Source: a virus
Virus genome (UHGV): UHGV-1575795
Direction: 5' to 3' (one strand)
DNA: 22,162 bases
Shown: piece by piece, positions 1 to 10,375 of the stretch
Position numbering within the stretch: position 1 is the stretch's first letter
Layout: each line of letters starts with the position of its first letter
The notes under the pieces: model-generated
What the model saw: only the letters and a program-made list of their open reading frames with translations
Database searches by the model: none
Told to the model about the DNA's origin: nothing
Made by a program: the position numbers and the translations under genes

Positions 1-3000
1 TGATGCCTGAAGCCGCTTTTTTGGTCACAATCACCGTACAGTCGGTGATATTACCTGCCCGCTGATTGCCTTTATGGAAAACCTTAAACTCCAGAGTGAC
101 GCTTCCCCTGCCACTCGGCATATCAATAACCGCACTGTAGCTACCGGGAATGGCCCCTTTAGTTTCTCTGGATGCGATTAATACACCGTTTTTGCGAACT
201 TCAAAACCATAACCCGTGTATCTTGTACCTCCCGGGTTATTACCACTTCCCGGATCGTCATACGCTATACCGTTAAAAATAATGGGCGGAATAATAATCT
301 GGCGGTCAAAGTTATGATCATCGCTGATGGTGACTGTAACCGTCCCGTTTGGTGTTTCCGTATTACCCCACGTACCAGCCTGTTTCGGGAATGATTTGGA
401 TACAGCTTTAACGAAGTCACCTCTGACCTGAGTCGCCTCCAGCATGCCCTTAATCGTACAGTTTTCATTTACCGTGACATTGTTGAGCGTCCCGGCGTTC
501 GCATTCACACTGCCACTGATATCGGCATTTTTAGCGGTCAGCTTTCCGTCTGATGTCAGGGAAAATGCCGGTGGATTTCCACCGCTGGTAATGGTCGGGG
601 CCGTCAGGCGCTTCAGGAACACGTCGTTCATGAATATCTGGTTGCCCTGCGCCACAAACATCGGCGTTTCATTCCCGTTTGCCGGGTCAATAAACGCGAT
701 ACGGTTAGCGGCAACCAGAAACTGGCTCAGTTTGCCTTCCTCCGAGTCCTCCATGCTGAGGCCAATACCCGCGACATAATGTTTGCCGTCTTTGGTCTGC
801 TCAATTTTGACAGCCCACATGGCATTCCACTTATCGTTGGCGTCCTTCCACTCTTTCGAAAACTCCTCCAGTTTGCTGGCGTTATCCTCCGTCAGCTCGA
901 CTTTTTCCAGCAGCTCCTTGCCGAGATGGGATTCGGTTATCTGGCCTTTGAAAAAATCCAGGTAACCTTCCGCATCATCGCTCGCCTGACCGACAGCCTC
1001 CACGAATGCCGATTTGCCAACGGTGTTCACACTGCGGATATAAAAGTAATAATCATGGCCCGGTTTGATATTGATACTGGCGGCTATCCAGTACAGCGCC
1101 ATACCAAGATAACGCGCGCTGGTTTCAACCTGCCTGATATCCGCAATCCGCTTTTCCGAGAACCAGAACTCAAACTGTACCGTCGGGTCATAAACCGCAA
1201 GATGCGGCGTGGCAGTTATCTGAAAATAGCCCGGCGTCAGCTCAATCTGTGACGGCGCTGCCGGTGCGGCAATCCTGAACGATACCGACGCCGGGTCGCC
1301 CTGCTGTCCCCACGCATTTACCGCCCGGACAGTCAGCGTGTAACGCCCCAGAGCCAGTTGCCTGAAGCGGTATGTGGTTTCCGTCGTCCGGGCCGTGCTG
1401 ACCAGCCGCTCACTGCCGTCATCCGCTGCCACGGTCAGGCGAAGCAGGAAGCTCACGCCCTTCACCACCTTCGGCGTGTCCCAGCGGGCCAGCACCTGAT
1501 ATTCCCCGCTGTCTGCGGTGACTTCGGCAGTCAGGTGCTGCACCGCTGGCGGCGTGACACCATTCACCGTGCCGCTCTGGTCGCCGTCAAAGTGCGCCCC
1601 GTTATCCACGATGGCCTCTTTTTCCGGTACATGCTGCACGGCGGTGATGGCATACGTGCCGTCGTCGTTCTCACGGATACTCACGCAGCGGAACAGGCGC
1701 TGGCGCAGCGTCGGCAGCTTCAGCCCCCACACGCTGTATTCTGCAACGCCGTCAGGAACCCGGCTCACTTTCACCTGCACGCCGTCGGTGACGGACTGGA
1801 CCTCCACGCTGACCGGATTGCCACTTCCGTCAACCAGGCTTATCAGCGTGGTACCGGAGGATGGCAGCGTGATTTCACGGTCGAGCGTCAGCGTCCGGGT
1901 CTGGCTGTTCACCGCCAGCACGCGCCCGCCGGTGCTGATACCGGCATAGTCATCATCGCAGATTTCAATGACGTCTCCCGGCACATGGCGAAGCCCTTCT
2001 GCACCCACGCTGAAGTCCACGGTCTGCGTTTCCAGCAGTTCCGTTTTAATCAGCCACAGCCCGGCGCGGTGTGCCTGCCCCCGACAGGTACAGCCAAAGG
2101 CATCCATCTTCGTGACGTTACGACCGTAACGGGCAATGGCCTGCGTGTCCTCCACAAGCTCTGTTGCCGTCTCCCAGCCGTTGTTCGGGTCAATCCAGTT
2201 CACCTCAACGGCATTATGGCGGTCCTTCAGGGCGCTGAAGCTGTAGCGGAACGGCGCGCCATCATCCGGCATCACCACATTACTGCGGTTATAGGTCCAC
2301 ACCTTATCCGATGGCCGGTCCTGCACGAACGTCAGCGTCTGCCCGTTCCATACCGGCATACAGCGCATCGCCGAGCAGAAATCACTGAGCACATCCCACG
2401 CCTTGCGCTGTGTGGTCAGGTACGCATTACAGGTGATGCGCGGCTCCGTGCCGCCAAAGCCGTCCGGCACTGACTGGTCGCAGTACTGGCCGATGACATA
2501 CAGCGCCCATTTATCCACATCCGCCGCACCAAGACGTTTCCCCATGCCGTAGCGCGGATGGGTCAGCATATCCCACAGACACCAGGCCATGTTGTTGCTG
2601 TATGCCGGTTTAAACGTTCCGTCCCAGATACCGCTGTATTGCCGCGTCTGCGGGTTATAGTTCGACGGCACCTGCAGAATGCGCCCGCGAAGATGATAAT
2701 TACGGCTCACCTGCTGGCTGCCGAACTGCTCCGAATCCACCTGCACGCCGACCAGTGCCGTGTTCGGGTAGCACTGTTTCACATCGATGATTTCGGTGTA
2801 TGACGACCAGAGCGTTTTGTTCTGCAGCTGGTCTGTGGTGCTGTCCGGCGTCATCCTGCGCATCCGTATATTGAACGGGCGCGGCGGCAGGTTATCCACC
2901 ACCACCGAGGCCAGATACTGCGAGGTGGTTTTGCCCTTAATGGTGATGTCTTTTTCCGTCACCCAGCCACCATTACGCTGTATCTGAACCAGCAGGCGGA

Positions 3001-3403
3001 CTTCCGACGGATTCCGGTCCCCCTTTGAGGTGGTTTCCACCAGTGCCTGTACACCGAAGGTAAAGCGCAGACGGTCGATGTTTGCCGACGTGATGGTCCG
3101 GGTGATCGGCGTGTCATATTTCACTTCCGTACCCAGCACCGTCTCGGAGCCGGAGGATTCAAATCCCTCCGGCGGTGTCTGCTCCTGCTCACCGGCCCGG
3201 AACACCACCGTGACGCCGGATATATTGGTATTCCCCTCACTGTCCAGCACCGGCGTACTGTTCAGCAGCACGCTTTTTAATCCATCCACCGGACCTTCAA
3301 CCGGCCCTTCGCTGATGGCATCGATCACACTCAGCAGCTGCGTGGACTTCAGGTTGTCCTTCGCTTCGCGCGGGGTATGCCCCTTACTGCTGCCTTTACC
3401 CAT
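1..3403 (-). CDS. J: Tail tip / host-specificity protein gpJ, partial (C-terminus beyond the window's 5' edge)
   Basis: Hand translation from the ATG at 3403 gives [54 protein letters not shown]..., matching the lambda J N-terminus as recalled. RBS GTGAGGA upstream. The frame is inferred open to position 1 because the ORF track lists no minus-strand ORF starting at 3403; the last codons in the window read ...[19 protein letters not shown]. Confidence 0.9.
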   Translation of the reverse strand, partial: MGKGSSKGHTPREAKDNLKSTQLLSVIDAISEGPVEGPVDGLKSVLLNSTPVLDSEGNTNISGVTVVFRAGEQEQTPPEGFESSGSETVLGTEVKYDTPITRTITSANIDRLRFTFGVQALVETTSKGDRNPSEVRLLVQIQRNGGWVTEKDITIKGKTTSQYLASVVVDNLPPRPFNIRMRRMTPDSTTDQLQNKTLWSSYTEIIDVKQCYPNTALVGVQVDSEQFGSQQVSRNYHLRGRILQVPSNYNPQTRQYSGIWDGTFKPAYSNNMAWCLWDMLTHPRYGMGKRLGAADVDKWALYVIGQYCDQSVPDGFGGTEPRITCNAYLTTQRKAWDVLSDFCSAMRCMPVWNGQTLTFVQDRPSDKVWTYNRSNVVMPDDGAPFRYSFSALKDRHNAVEVNWIDPNNGWETATELVEDTQAIARYGRNVTKMDAFGCTCRGQAHRAGLWLIKTELLETQTVDFSVGAEGLRHVPGDVIEICDDDYAGISTGGRVLAVNSQTRTLTLDREITLPSSGTTLISLVDGSGNPVSVEVQSVTDGVQVKVSRVPDGVAEYSVWGLKLPTLRQRLFRCVSIRENDDGTYAITAVQHVPEKEAIVDNGAHFDGDQSGTVNGVTPPAVQHLTAEVTADSGEYQVLARWDTPKVVKGVSFLLRLTVAADDGSERLVSTARTTETTYRFRQLALGRYTLTVRAVNAWGQQGDPASVSFRIAAPAAPSQIELTPGYFQITATPHLAVYDPTVQFEFWFSEKRIADIRQVETSARYLGMALYWIAASINIKPGHDYYFYIRSVNTVGKSAFVEAVGQASDDAEGYLDFFKGQITESHLGKELLEKVELTEDNASKLEEFSKEWKDANDKWNAMWAVKIEQTKDGKHYVAGIGLSMEDSEEGKLSQFLVAANRIAFIDPANGNETPMFVAQGNQIFMNDVFLKRLTAPTITSGGNPPAFSLTSDGKLTAKNADISGSVNANAGTLNNVTVNENCTIKGMLEATQVRGDFVKAVSKSFPKQAGTWGNTETPNGTVTVTISDDHNFDRQIIIPPIIFNGIAYDDPGSGNNPGGTRYTGYGFEVRKNGVLIASRETKGAIPGSYSAVIDMPSGRGSVTLEFKVFHKGNQRAGNITDCTVIVTKKAASGI

Positions 3404-3420
3404 TCCTCACGCTCCATAAA

Positions 3421-3442
3421 CGACAAAACCGCCCGCAGGCGG
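3421..3442 (-). other. GC hairpin with flanking T-run in the I-J intergenic gap
   Basis: Minus strand reads AAACCGCCTGCGGGCGGTTTTGTCGTTT: stem CCGCC/GGCGG with a short loop and a T-rich tail. It lies 20 to 40 nt upstream of the J start. Confidence 0.4.
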
Positions 3443-3463
3443 TTTCACATAAAACATTTTGCA

Positions 3464-4135
3464 TCAGCGACCAATCACCACAACCTGACCACCATCCCCT
3501 TCGTCTGCCGTGCTGATCTCCTGAGAAACCACGCGTGACCCCACGCGCATTTCACCGTACAGAACCGGCAGAACATTGCCCTGGGCAACCATGTTATCCA
3601 GTGAGGAGAAATAGGTGTTTTGTTTGCCGTTATCCGTTGTCTGTGTACGGGGAGTTCTGGCTTTCGGTGCCAGCATTTGCGCCACACCACCGAGCACCAT
3701 ACTGGCACCGAGAGAAAACAGGATGCCGGTCATACCACCGGCCCCAATGGCTGCCCCCCATGCTGCAAGGGTGGCTCCGGCGGTAAAGAATGATCCGGCA
3801 ATGGCGGCTGCTCCCAGGACAATCTGGAATACACCACCAGACTTGGCCCCGGCGACTCTGGGAACAATATGAATCACAGCGCCATCAGGCAGAGTATCAT
3901 GTAACTGCGCCGTTAACCCGGACGTGCTGACGTCCCGCCCGGCAATCCGTACCTGATACCAACCGTCGCTCAGTTTCTGACGAAACGCCGGAAGCTGTGT
4001 GGCCAGCGCCCGGATGGCTTCAGCCCCCGTTTTCACACGAAGGTCGATGCGGCGGCCAAATCGTTGTAAATCCCCGTAAAGGCAGATGCGTGCCATGCCC
4101 GGTGACGCCAGAGGGAGTGTGTGCGTCGCTGCCAT
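3464..4135 (-). CDS. I: Tail tip assembly protein I
   Basis: 223-aa ORF, same length as lambda gpI as recalled; Gly/Ala-rich hydrophobic core; overlaps the 3' end of K by about 100 nt as in lambda. Confidence 0.9.
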   Translation of the reverse strand: MAATHTLPLASPGMARICLYGDLQRFGRRIDLRVKTGAEAIRALATQLPAFRQKLSDGWYQVRIAGRDVSTSGLTAQLHDTLPDGAVIHIVPRVAGAKSGGVFQIVLGAAAIAGSFFTAGATLAAWGAAIGAGGMTGILFSLGASMVLGGVAQMLAPKARTPRTQTTDNGKQNTYFSSLDNMVAQGNVLPVLYGEMRVGSRVVSQEISTADEGDGGQVVVIGR

Positions 4136-4776
4136 TTGTCGGTATACCTCTCTCGTTTGCTCAGTTGTTCAGGAATATGGTGCAGCAGCTCGCCGTCACC
4201 ACAGTAAATGGCGGCATGATTCGGCACCGATGAACCAAAACAGCACAGCAGCACATCGCCCGGTTGTGCTGATGACAACGGCACCTGATACAGCCCTGTG
4301 GCCTCCAGATTATCCAGATAGAGATTCTGACCGTGACGCCACCAGTCATCCTCGCGATGAAAATCCGGCATCTCAATCCCCGCCAGATGGTAAGCGTCCC
4401 GGAACAGCGTGTAACAGTCCGTCACCCCGTGCTCAAAGCGCCGCCCGGTGAGATGCGGCACACAGCGGAACTTATGAATCGTCCCCCGGCAGACCAGCCA
4501 CCACGGCAAATCACTCTGCACCTGCAGCCGCCGGTCGGCCTCACTCAGCCAGGGCAGACCACCGGGGTGGCTGTGGACCAGCGCCACAATCTCACCCTGC
4601 ATCTCTGCCTGCAGCCAGTCCTCCGGCGCCATCCGGAAATACGCCTCCGGCTCACCGGAGATATTCACGCAGGGGAAATATCTTTCCCCCTCCGGCGTGC
4701 TTACCACGAAGCCGCACGACTCCGCTGGCGCACATCGCCGGGCGTGCGCCAGAATCGCTGATTCTGTCTGTGTCAT
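4033..4776 (-). CDS. K: Tail tip assembly protein K (JAMM/MPN plus NlpC/P60 domains)
   Basis: 247-aa ORF with an HSHPGG metalloprotease-like motif and a downstream DCYTL motif consistent with an NlpC/P60 cysteine. The classical 199-aa lambda K annotation would correspond to the internal ATG near 4632; the longer form starts 5 nt after the L stop. Confidence 0.85.
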   Translation of the reverse strand: MTQTESAILAHARRCAPAESCGFVVSTPEGERYFPCVNISGEPEAYFRMAPEDWLQAEMQGEIVALVHSHPGGLPWLSEADRRLQVQSDLPWWLVCRGTIHKFRCVPHLTGRRFEHGVTDCYTLFRDAYHLAGIEMPDFHREDDWWRHGQNLYLDNLEATGLYQVPLSSAQPGDVLLCCFGSSVPNHAAIYCGDGELLHHIPEQLSKRERYTDKWQRRTHSLWRHRAWHASAFTGIYNDLAAASTFV

Positions 4777-4781
4777 GGGAT

Positions 4782-5480
4782 TTACTGCGAAAGTTTGTTA
4801 ATGGAAAGGAAGCCGCCAAAGTTGCCGACGTTATTGCGAAACTTACAGCCGCTCAGGCATTTGCTGCATTTATCCTTCGTGATATCGGACGTCGGCTGGT
4901 CATATTCATCCGCGACTGCCGGACCGTGATAACCGCACTCATCACCGCGATAGGTCCAGGTGCAGGTGTTGGCCAGCATGATACGTCCCGGAAAAACAGC
5001 GCCGTCCGTTTCCGTCGGCGTGGACAGTACAAAAGAGGCACTCACCGCGCTCAGTTCGCTGCACTGCTCGATGCGCCAGCGGCTGATCACCTCCTGCTCC
5101 GGATCGGCGTCACTGTTTCCGTTGACGAAGTTCACCGCATCCAGAAAACGGGCGTAAACCTTACGCCGGACCACCGTTCCGCCGACCAGACTCTGTAGAT
5201 CTTCCGCCATCCCGGTGACCATACCGTACAGGTTAGAAACCATCAGCGTGGGGCGCGTACTGGTGCCTTTGCCATTCAGTTCAAAACCACTCCCCTGAAT
5301 GGGATACGGCTGATACTGTCGCCCCTGCCAGGTGACCGGCTCACCTTTTTCGTTCTGCTCATTACAGAAAAAATAACGTTCTCCACCGACCTCTGTCAGA
5401 TCGATTTCCCAGAGCACCACGCTGGCCGACTGCTCCGCACGGGTGCATTCATTCAGTGTTTCCTGCCGGATATCCTGCAT
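4782..5480 (-). CDS. L: Minor tail protein L
   Basis: 232-aa ORF, lambda gpL length as recalled; C-terminal Cys cluster (CSKCLSGC); start overlaps the M stop by 1 nt. Confidence 0.92.
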   Translation of the reverse strand: MQDIRQETLNECTRAEQSASVVLWEIDLTEVGGERYFFCNEQNEKGEPVTWQGRQYQPYPIQGSGFELNGKGTSTRPTLMVSNLYGMVTGMAEDLQSLVGGTVVRRKVYARFLDAVNFVNGNSDADPEQEVISRWRIEQCSELSAVSASFVLSTPTETDGAVFPGRIMLANTCTWTYRGDECGYHGPAVADEYDQPTSDITKDKCSKCLSGCKFRNNVGNFGGFLSINKLSQ

Positions 5481-5809
5481 CAGTTCACCACCTGTTTAAA
5501 CTCTGCGCTGAACTCAACACGCAGCATACTGACCCGCGACGACCATTTTGCGCAGGTCACCTTTATCTGCCGCCACTCATAAGGCGGCGTCCACAGAAAG
5601 GCTTTCCAGCCCCCGTGCTCAGCCAGAAACGACTCCAGCGCCGTGGCCTCCCAACGGGGAACAGAAAGCGTCACGCTGTACGTTTTCAGGTTGGCATTCA
5701 GCCCGGCAGGCGCGCGCTGGGAGTAACCATCACCAAAGCGCACCTCCCTGACGGAAGGAGTCGAAGCCACATCCATACCCGGTTTCACTTTCCAGCGGAA
5801 GGTTTTCAT
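5480..5809 (-). CDS. M: Minor tail protein M
   Basis: 109-aa ORF (MKTFRWKVKPG...), lambda gpM length and position as recalled; 4-nt overlap with the H stop. Confidence 0.92.
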   Translation of the reverse strand: MKTFRWKVKPGMDVASTPSVREVRFGDGYSQRAPAGLNANLKTYSVTLSVPRWEATALESFLAEHGGWKAFLWTPPYEWRQIKVTCAKWSSRVSMLRVEFSAEFKQVVN

Positions 5810-8385
5810 CGTCCACCTCCGGAGAACAGACCACCATCGCGCATCTGTGCCTGAATTTCATCACGGGCACCCTTGCGGGCCATGTCATACACTGCCTTCA
5901 TCATCTGTGGACCTGGCAGACCATTCGTACCGTCGTTCTGAATCACCACGTGATTGTTCTGATTAAAATTAATGCCTTCAGCCCGCCGCATCTGCGCCGG
6001 ACTTCCGGCACCGCCCACATAACCACCTTCCGCATAGCCCCGCATCAGGCGGTACAGGTTGCCCACGCCAATCCGGCTGGTTGCCTCCTTCGTGAAGACA
6101 AACTCACCACGGTGAACAATCCCCGCTGGCTCATATTTGCCGCCGGTTCCCGTAAATCCTCCGGTTGCAAAATGGAATTTCGCCGCAGCGGCCTGAATGG
6201 CTGTACCGCCTGACGCGGATGCGCCGCCACCAACAGCCCCGCCAATGGCGCTGCCGATACTCCCGACAATCCCCACCATTGCCTGCTTAAGCAGAATTTC
6301 TGTCATCATGGACAGCACGGAACGGGTGAAGCTGCGCCAGTTCTGTTCACTGCCGGTCAGCATCGCCGCCATATTCTGTGCAATACCATCAAAGGTCTGC
6401 GTGGCTGCACTTTTAACCTGCGACATACTGTCCGTGGCGCTCTCTTCCCACTCACACCAGCCGGACTTCAGGCCTGCCATCCAGCTCCCGCGAAGCTGGT
6501 CTTCAGCCGCCCAGGTCTTTTTCTGCTCTGACATGACGTTATTCAGCGCCAGCGGATTATCGCCATACTCCTCCTTCAGGCGCTGTTCCGTGCCTTCCCG
6601 TTCTGCCTGCCGGTCAGTCAGCCCCCGGCTTTTCGCATCAATGGCGGCCCGTTTTGCCCGTTGCTGCTGTGCGAATTTATCCGCCTGCTGCGCCAGCGCG
6701 TTCAGGCGCTCCTGATACGTAACCTTGTCGCCAAGTGCAGCCAGCTGGCGTTTGTACTCCAGCGTCTCATCTTTATGCGCCAGCAGGGATTTCTCCTGTG
6801 CAGACAGCTGGCGACGTTGCGCCGCCTCCTCCAGTACCGCGAACTGATTCTCCGCCTTCCACAAATCCCGGCGCTGCTGGCTGATTTTCTCATTCGCTCC
6901 GGCATGCTTCTCCAGCGTCCGGAGTTCTGCCTGAAGCGTCAGCAGGGCAGCATGAGCACTGTCTTCCTGACGATCGCCCGCAGACACCTTCACGCCGGAG
7001 TGCTTCGGCTTTTTCAGCGTCGCTTCATAGTCCTTTTTCGCCGCCGCCATCAGCGTGTTGTAATCTGCCTGCAGGATTTTCCCGTCCTTCAGTGCCTTGT
7101 TCAGTTCTTCCTGACGGGCGGTATATTTCTCCAGCGGCGTCTGCAGGCGTTCGTAAGCCTTCTGCGCCTCTTCGGTATATTTCAGCCGTGATGCCTCAGA
7201 GTCGGCCCAGTCCTTTGCTGCCATCTCTCTGGCCTTTTCAAGATCGGCCTTCAACGTGGCGGCTGAAAGCCCAAGTTGCGCATTCACTCTGTCCTCCCAT
7301 GCTCCACGGAGATTGGCAAGAAATGCTGAGGTTTTACCGCGCCGGTGGCTTCGGCTCTGATACCACTGCCATTTTTTATCCGCTTCATCAAAAGCCTTTT
7401 CAGCTTTGGCGAGCATATCTGCAGAGGAGTCCGGGCGGCCAATATCCAGCACCGCATCCCACATGGATTTGAATGCCTGTGCAGTCTTGTCAGCCCAGGT
7501 CTCCAGCGTACCCATGTTCTCTTTCAGGCGGCGGGTCTGGTCATCAAACCCTTTCGTTGCGGCCTCGTTCGCCGCCTGCAATGCCCCGGCTTCATCTCCG
7601 GAACGCTGCAACTGAGCAACATACGCAATCTGCTCCGCCGTCACGTTATGGAACTGACGTGCCATCGCTGTCAGTCCCGACGTCGGGTCTGTGGTCAGCT
7701 TCCCGAAGGCTTCAGCGACCTTGTCCACCTCCACGCCGGATGCAGAGGAGAAACGCGCCACACTCTGGCTGATTGCCTCAAACTGCTCACCACCACGCAC
7801 ACCGGCATTCACCAGCGCCGTCAGTGACTCGCTGGTCTGGTTAAACGTCAGCCCTGCCGCCTGCCCGGCTCTGGACAGGACCAGCATACGATCTGCCGTC
7901 AGTCCCGCCTGATTGCCGGAAAGGACCAGCGTTTTGTTGAAATCGGACAGGGTTGAGTCCCCCTGATACCAGGCATACGCCAGCGCACCGGTCGCCACCG
8001 CCAGCGAGGTGGCCCCGACCATCGGCAGGGTGATCGCACCGGCAAGCCCCCTGAACATGGGGATCATCCCGCCGAAGGAGTCCTTCACCTGACCGCCCTG
8101 TTGCAGCAGGATCAGCCACGGACTTTGCCCGCCTGCAAGCTGCGTGGCCACGTCGGTGAACTGCGCAGGCAGCATACGCATGGCAGCTTTATACTGCCCG
8201 ACGGAAATCCCCGCTTTCTGTGCAGCCAGTGCCTGTCGGCTCAGCGACTGTTCAACGACTGCCGCTGTTTTTTTCGCATCACTTTCCGTACCGGAAAAAT
8301 GACGCCTGACTCTGGCCATCTGCTCGTCAAATCTGGCCGCATCCAGACTCAAATCAACGACCAGATCGCCTACCGGTTCAGCCAT
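5806..8385 (-). CDS. H: Tail tape measure protein H
   Basis: 859-aa ORF; N-terminus MAEPVGDLVVDLSLDAARFDEQMARVRRHF, a long charged central region and a Gly-rich hydrophobic C-terminal segment, as in lambda gpH. It is 6 codons longer than the 853 aa I recall for lambda. Confidence 0.93.
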   Translation of the reverse strand: MAEPVGDLVVDLSLDAARFDEQMARVRRHFSGTESDAKKTAAVVEQSLSRQALAAQKAGISVGQYKAAMRMLPAQFTDVATQLAGGQSPWLILLQQGGQVKDSFGGMIPMFRGLAGAITLPMVGATSLAVATGALAYAWYQGDSTLSDFNKTLVLSGNQAGLTADRMLVLSRAGQAAGLTFNQTSESLTALVNAGVRGGEQFEAISQSVARFSSASGVEVDKVAEAFGKLTTDPTSGLTAMARQFHNVTAEQIAYVAQLQRSGDEAGALQAANEAATKGFDDQTRRLKENMGTLETWADKTAQAFKSMWDAVLDIGRPDSSADMLAKAEKAFDEADKKWQWYQSRSHRRGKTSAFLANLRGAWEDRVNAQLGLSAATLKADLEKAREMAAKDWADSEASRLKYTEEAQKAYERLQTPLEKYTARQEELNKALKDGKILQADYNTLMAAAKKDYEATLKKPKHSGVKVSAGDRQEDSAHAALLTLQAELRTLEKHAGANEKISQQRRDLWKAENQFAVLEEAAQRRQLSAQEKSLLAHKDETLEYKRQLAALGDKVTYQERLNALAQQADKFAQQQRAKRAAIDAKSRGLTDRQAEREGTEQRLKEEYGDNPLALNNVMSEQKKTWAAEDQLRGSWMAGLKSGWCEWEESATDSMSQVKSAATQTFDGIAQNMAAMLTGSEQNWRSFTRSVLSMMTEILLKQAMVGIVGSIGSAIGGAVGGGASASGGTAIQAAAAKFHFATGGFTGTGGKYEPAGIVHRGEFVFTKEATSRIGVGNLYRLMRGYAEGGYVGGAGSPAQMRRAEGINFNQNNHVVIQNDGTNGLPGPQMMKAVYDMARKGARDEIQAQMRDGGLFSGGGR

Positions 8386-8812
8386 ACCGGACTCCTCCTG
8401 CGATCCCTTCTGATACTGTCATCAGCATTACGTCATCCTCCGTCATGTCCGCCACATCCGGGGAAGTAGGGATAACTTCATTCCCGTCCGGGCCAAAGCG
8501 GACACCTCCGGCAAGCCCTGCCGCTTTCTGCATCAGCACATCATCTTCAGGCTCTTCGTCAGCCTCGCGCCGGTTCAGCAGACTGAAATCCAGCGGATGC
8601 ATATCCGGATCGCTGAAAAACAGGCTGAGCACGGTGTACGTCAGCCCGGAAAAGTGCATATCCAGCAGAACATCATGAAAATAATGGGTACTGTAAAAGC
8701 GGTGCCAGTCGGCATACTCCGTGGATGACATCCCGGCAAGCATGGCACGCCAGTCGGGTCGCCCCATCTCACGCGCCAGTTTCAGGGCAAAACTCAGCTC
8801 ACCGTCGAACAC
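8378..8812 (-). CDS. T: T-frame portion of the G-T tail assembly chaperone fusion (made by -1 frameshift from G)
   Basis: ORF in the -1 frame relative to G, overlapping the G 3' end and ending 8 nt inside H; the slippery heptamer sits at 8803..8809. Confidence 0.85.
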   Translation of the reverse strand: MFDGELSFALKLAREMGRPDWRAMLAGMSSTEYADWHRFYSTHYFHDVLLDMHFSGLTYTVLSLFFSDPDMHPLDFSLLNRREADEEPEDDVLMQKAAGLAGGVRFGPDGNEVIPTSPDVADMTEDDVMLMTVSEGIAGGVRYG

Positions 8813-9216
8813 TTTCCCGCAGAAACAGGCTCTGCAGGCCCGGCGTCCTCTGTCTGTTCAGGAGCATCATTCACCACAAACTCATACATACCGGACAGCC
8901 GGTACACCACGTTTTCAGCATGAGAAATTGCCTCCGTGGGCCAGGTGGTAAGCACTTCCTGCTCAATCTGTTTAACGGCTTCATTCATGGAAGGCATCTG
9001 CGTCTTCTGCGGATGGTTATGCCACAGGGACATCGCCACCAGAAACGCGCCGGTTCTGATGGCGTCTTCCACAGTAAACTTCCGGTTGCTGTCTGACTCC
9101 GCCTGTTCTGCCTGCCGTTTCATCAGGGCGAGATGCTCAATACGCTGCAGGGCTGACAGTTCAGAAAGCGTGACGGTCACACCGTTATGTTCAAATGATT
9201 CGGTTTTCAGGAACAT
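8794..9216 (-). CDS. G: Tail assembly chaperone G
   Basis: 140-aa ORF (MFLKTESFEHNGVTVTLSELSALQRIEHLALM...), lambda gpG length and position as recalled. Confidence 0.92.
   Translation of the reverse strand: MFLKTESFEHNGVTVTLSELSALQRIEHLALMKRQAEQAESDSNRKFTVEDAIRTGAFLVAMSLWHNHPQKTQMPSMNEAVKQIEQEVLTTWPTEAISHAENVVYRLSGMYEFVVNDAPEQTEDAGPAEPVSAGKCSTVS
8803..8809 (-). other. Programmed -1 ribosomal frameshift slippery site GGGAAAG (G to G-T)
   Basis: Plus strand CTTTCCC at 8803..8809 is GGGAAAG on the minus strand, a few codons before the G stop at 8794..8796, the position of the lambda G-T frameshift site. Confidence 0.85.
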
Positions 9217-9231
9217 CTCTGACTCTCCGGA

Positions 9232-9972
9232 TTAGCTGTCGGTGACGTTGATTTCTGCAACCGCAGCAAACTCACCATTACCGGATACGACCGGAATGTT
9301 GACCTTGCCTGCAGCAACACCTTTCACGGTGATGGTCATACCACTGACCGACACGGTGGCTTTTGTTTTATCCGCTGACACCGCACGGAAGCTCTTGTCG
9401 GTTGCGCCTTCCGGCTGGAATGCCACGGTCAGCGTGGTGCTCTGCCCTTTCACTACGGAAGCACTGGCTGGCGTTACCGTCATGCCGGTTGCCGCTGTCA
9501 CCGTGCTGCGATCTTCTGCCATCGACGGACGTCCTACGTTGGTGACTTTCACCGTGCGGGTGATCACGTCCTTCGCCGTCACCGCCTTACCGATACTGCT
9601 GACCCAGCCGCGGAACACATCGACCGTGCCGTTCGGGAAGCGGATTTTATAGGCACGGGTATCACCTTCATTAAACCACGCCAGCAGCGCCTGCTGCCCC
9701 TGCTCTCCGGGCATCCACGCCAGCGTGAAGCTGGTATCTCCGGCGGATTTCTGCCCCTGCCCGGTCGCGGCCCAGTCCGGATCTTCATCATCGAGATAAC
9801 TGTCGTCATAGGACTCTGCGGTCAGTTCGCCGGGCGTCAGTTCTTTAACTTTTGCCAGACGCGACCAGTCAACGTCTGAAAGCGGGTTCGCATAAGGGTC
9901 ACCGTTCCCCTTATAAACCCACAGGGTGGTTCCGGCCCCTTTCACCGGTGCCAGAGGATTTGGTGTTGGCAT
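9232..9972 (-). CDS. V: Major tail protein V
   Basis: ORF track gives 256 aa from an upstream start; the internal start [22 protein letters not shown] at 9972 gives 246 aa, the lambda gpV length as recalled. C-terminal Ig-like segment. Confidence 0.92.
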   Translation of the reverse strand: MPTPNPLAPVKGAGTTLWVYKGNGDPYANPLSDVDWSRLAKVKELTPGELTAESYDDSYLDDEDPDWAATGQGQKSAGDTSFTLAWMPGEQGQQALLAWFNEGDTRAYKIRFPNGTVDVFRGWVSSIGKAVTAKDVITRTVKVTNVGRPSMAEDRSTVTAATGMTVTPASASVVKGQSTTLTVAFQPEGATDKSFRAVSADKTKATVSVSGMTITVKGVAAGKVNIPVVSGNGEFAAVAEINVTDS

Positions 9973-9979
9973 ATCGTCC

Positions 9980-10375
9980 TCACATTTCATAGGTAATGAC
10001 ATAAGTCAGATCGGCTGAACTCCACAGGCCCGCATCATCGTCGCGCCGGTAGTCATAGCCACTGGCCACCATACTGGTGATCAAATCTGACAGTGCCGGG
10101 ATATCGCTCATCACCGGATAAATCCGGGACTCCATCCACGCATCCAGCTCTGAATCCGGTACCTGAGCAGGCAGGAAAACTTCAATATGCAGCTCCGCCT
10201 GCCAGGTATCGCTGTCCAGCTCTTCGCCCGTGTATTCAGCGCCGGTGAGATAAACGGCAATTGCCGGAAAATCTTCCTCATCAAAAACAGCGGGGCGACC
10301 ATCAAAAAGCGTCGCCCCGGTGTCATGCTTCTCCAGTGCATCCAGTACGGCTGCACGGAGTTCAGTATGTTTCAT
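9980..10375 (-). CDS. U: Tail terminator protein U
   Basis: 131-aa ORF ([45 protein letters not shown]...); 4-nt overlap with the Z stop. Confidence 0.92.
   Translation of the reverse strand: MKHTELRAAVLDALEKHDTGATLFDGRPAVFDEEDFPAIAVYLTGAEYTGEELDSDTWQAELHIEVFLPAQVPDSELDAWMESRIYPVMSDIPALSDLITSMVASGYDYRRDDDAGLWSSADLTYVITYEM

Noticed and set aside
265-468. 67-aa minus-strand ORF
   Set aside because: Out-of-frame overlap inside J; Arg-rich translation with no independent support.
1358-2473. 371-aa plus-strand ORF, with the neighbouring plus-strand ORFs at 444..1252, 1518..1949 and 2558..3419
   Set aside because: All lie antisense to the J coding sequence, which translates cleanly into the recalled lambda J N-terminus. 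Long antisense open frames are expected in GC-rich coding DNA, and none has a convincing ribosome-binding site.
6197-7827. Series of 100 to 176-aa plus-strand ORFs overlapping the tape measure gene
   Set aside because: Antisense to H; Ala/Arg/Leu-rich low-complexity translations typical of reverse-strand reading of a GC-rich gene, with no start signals.
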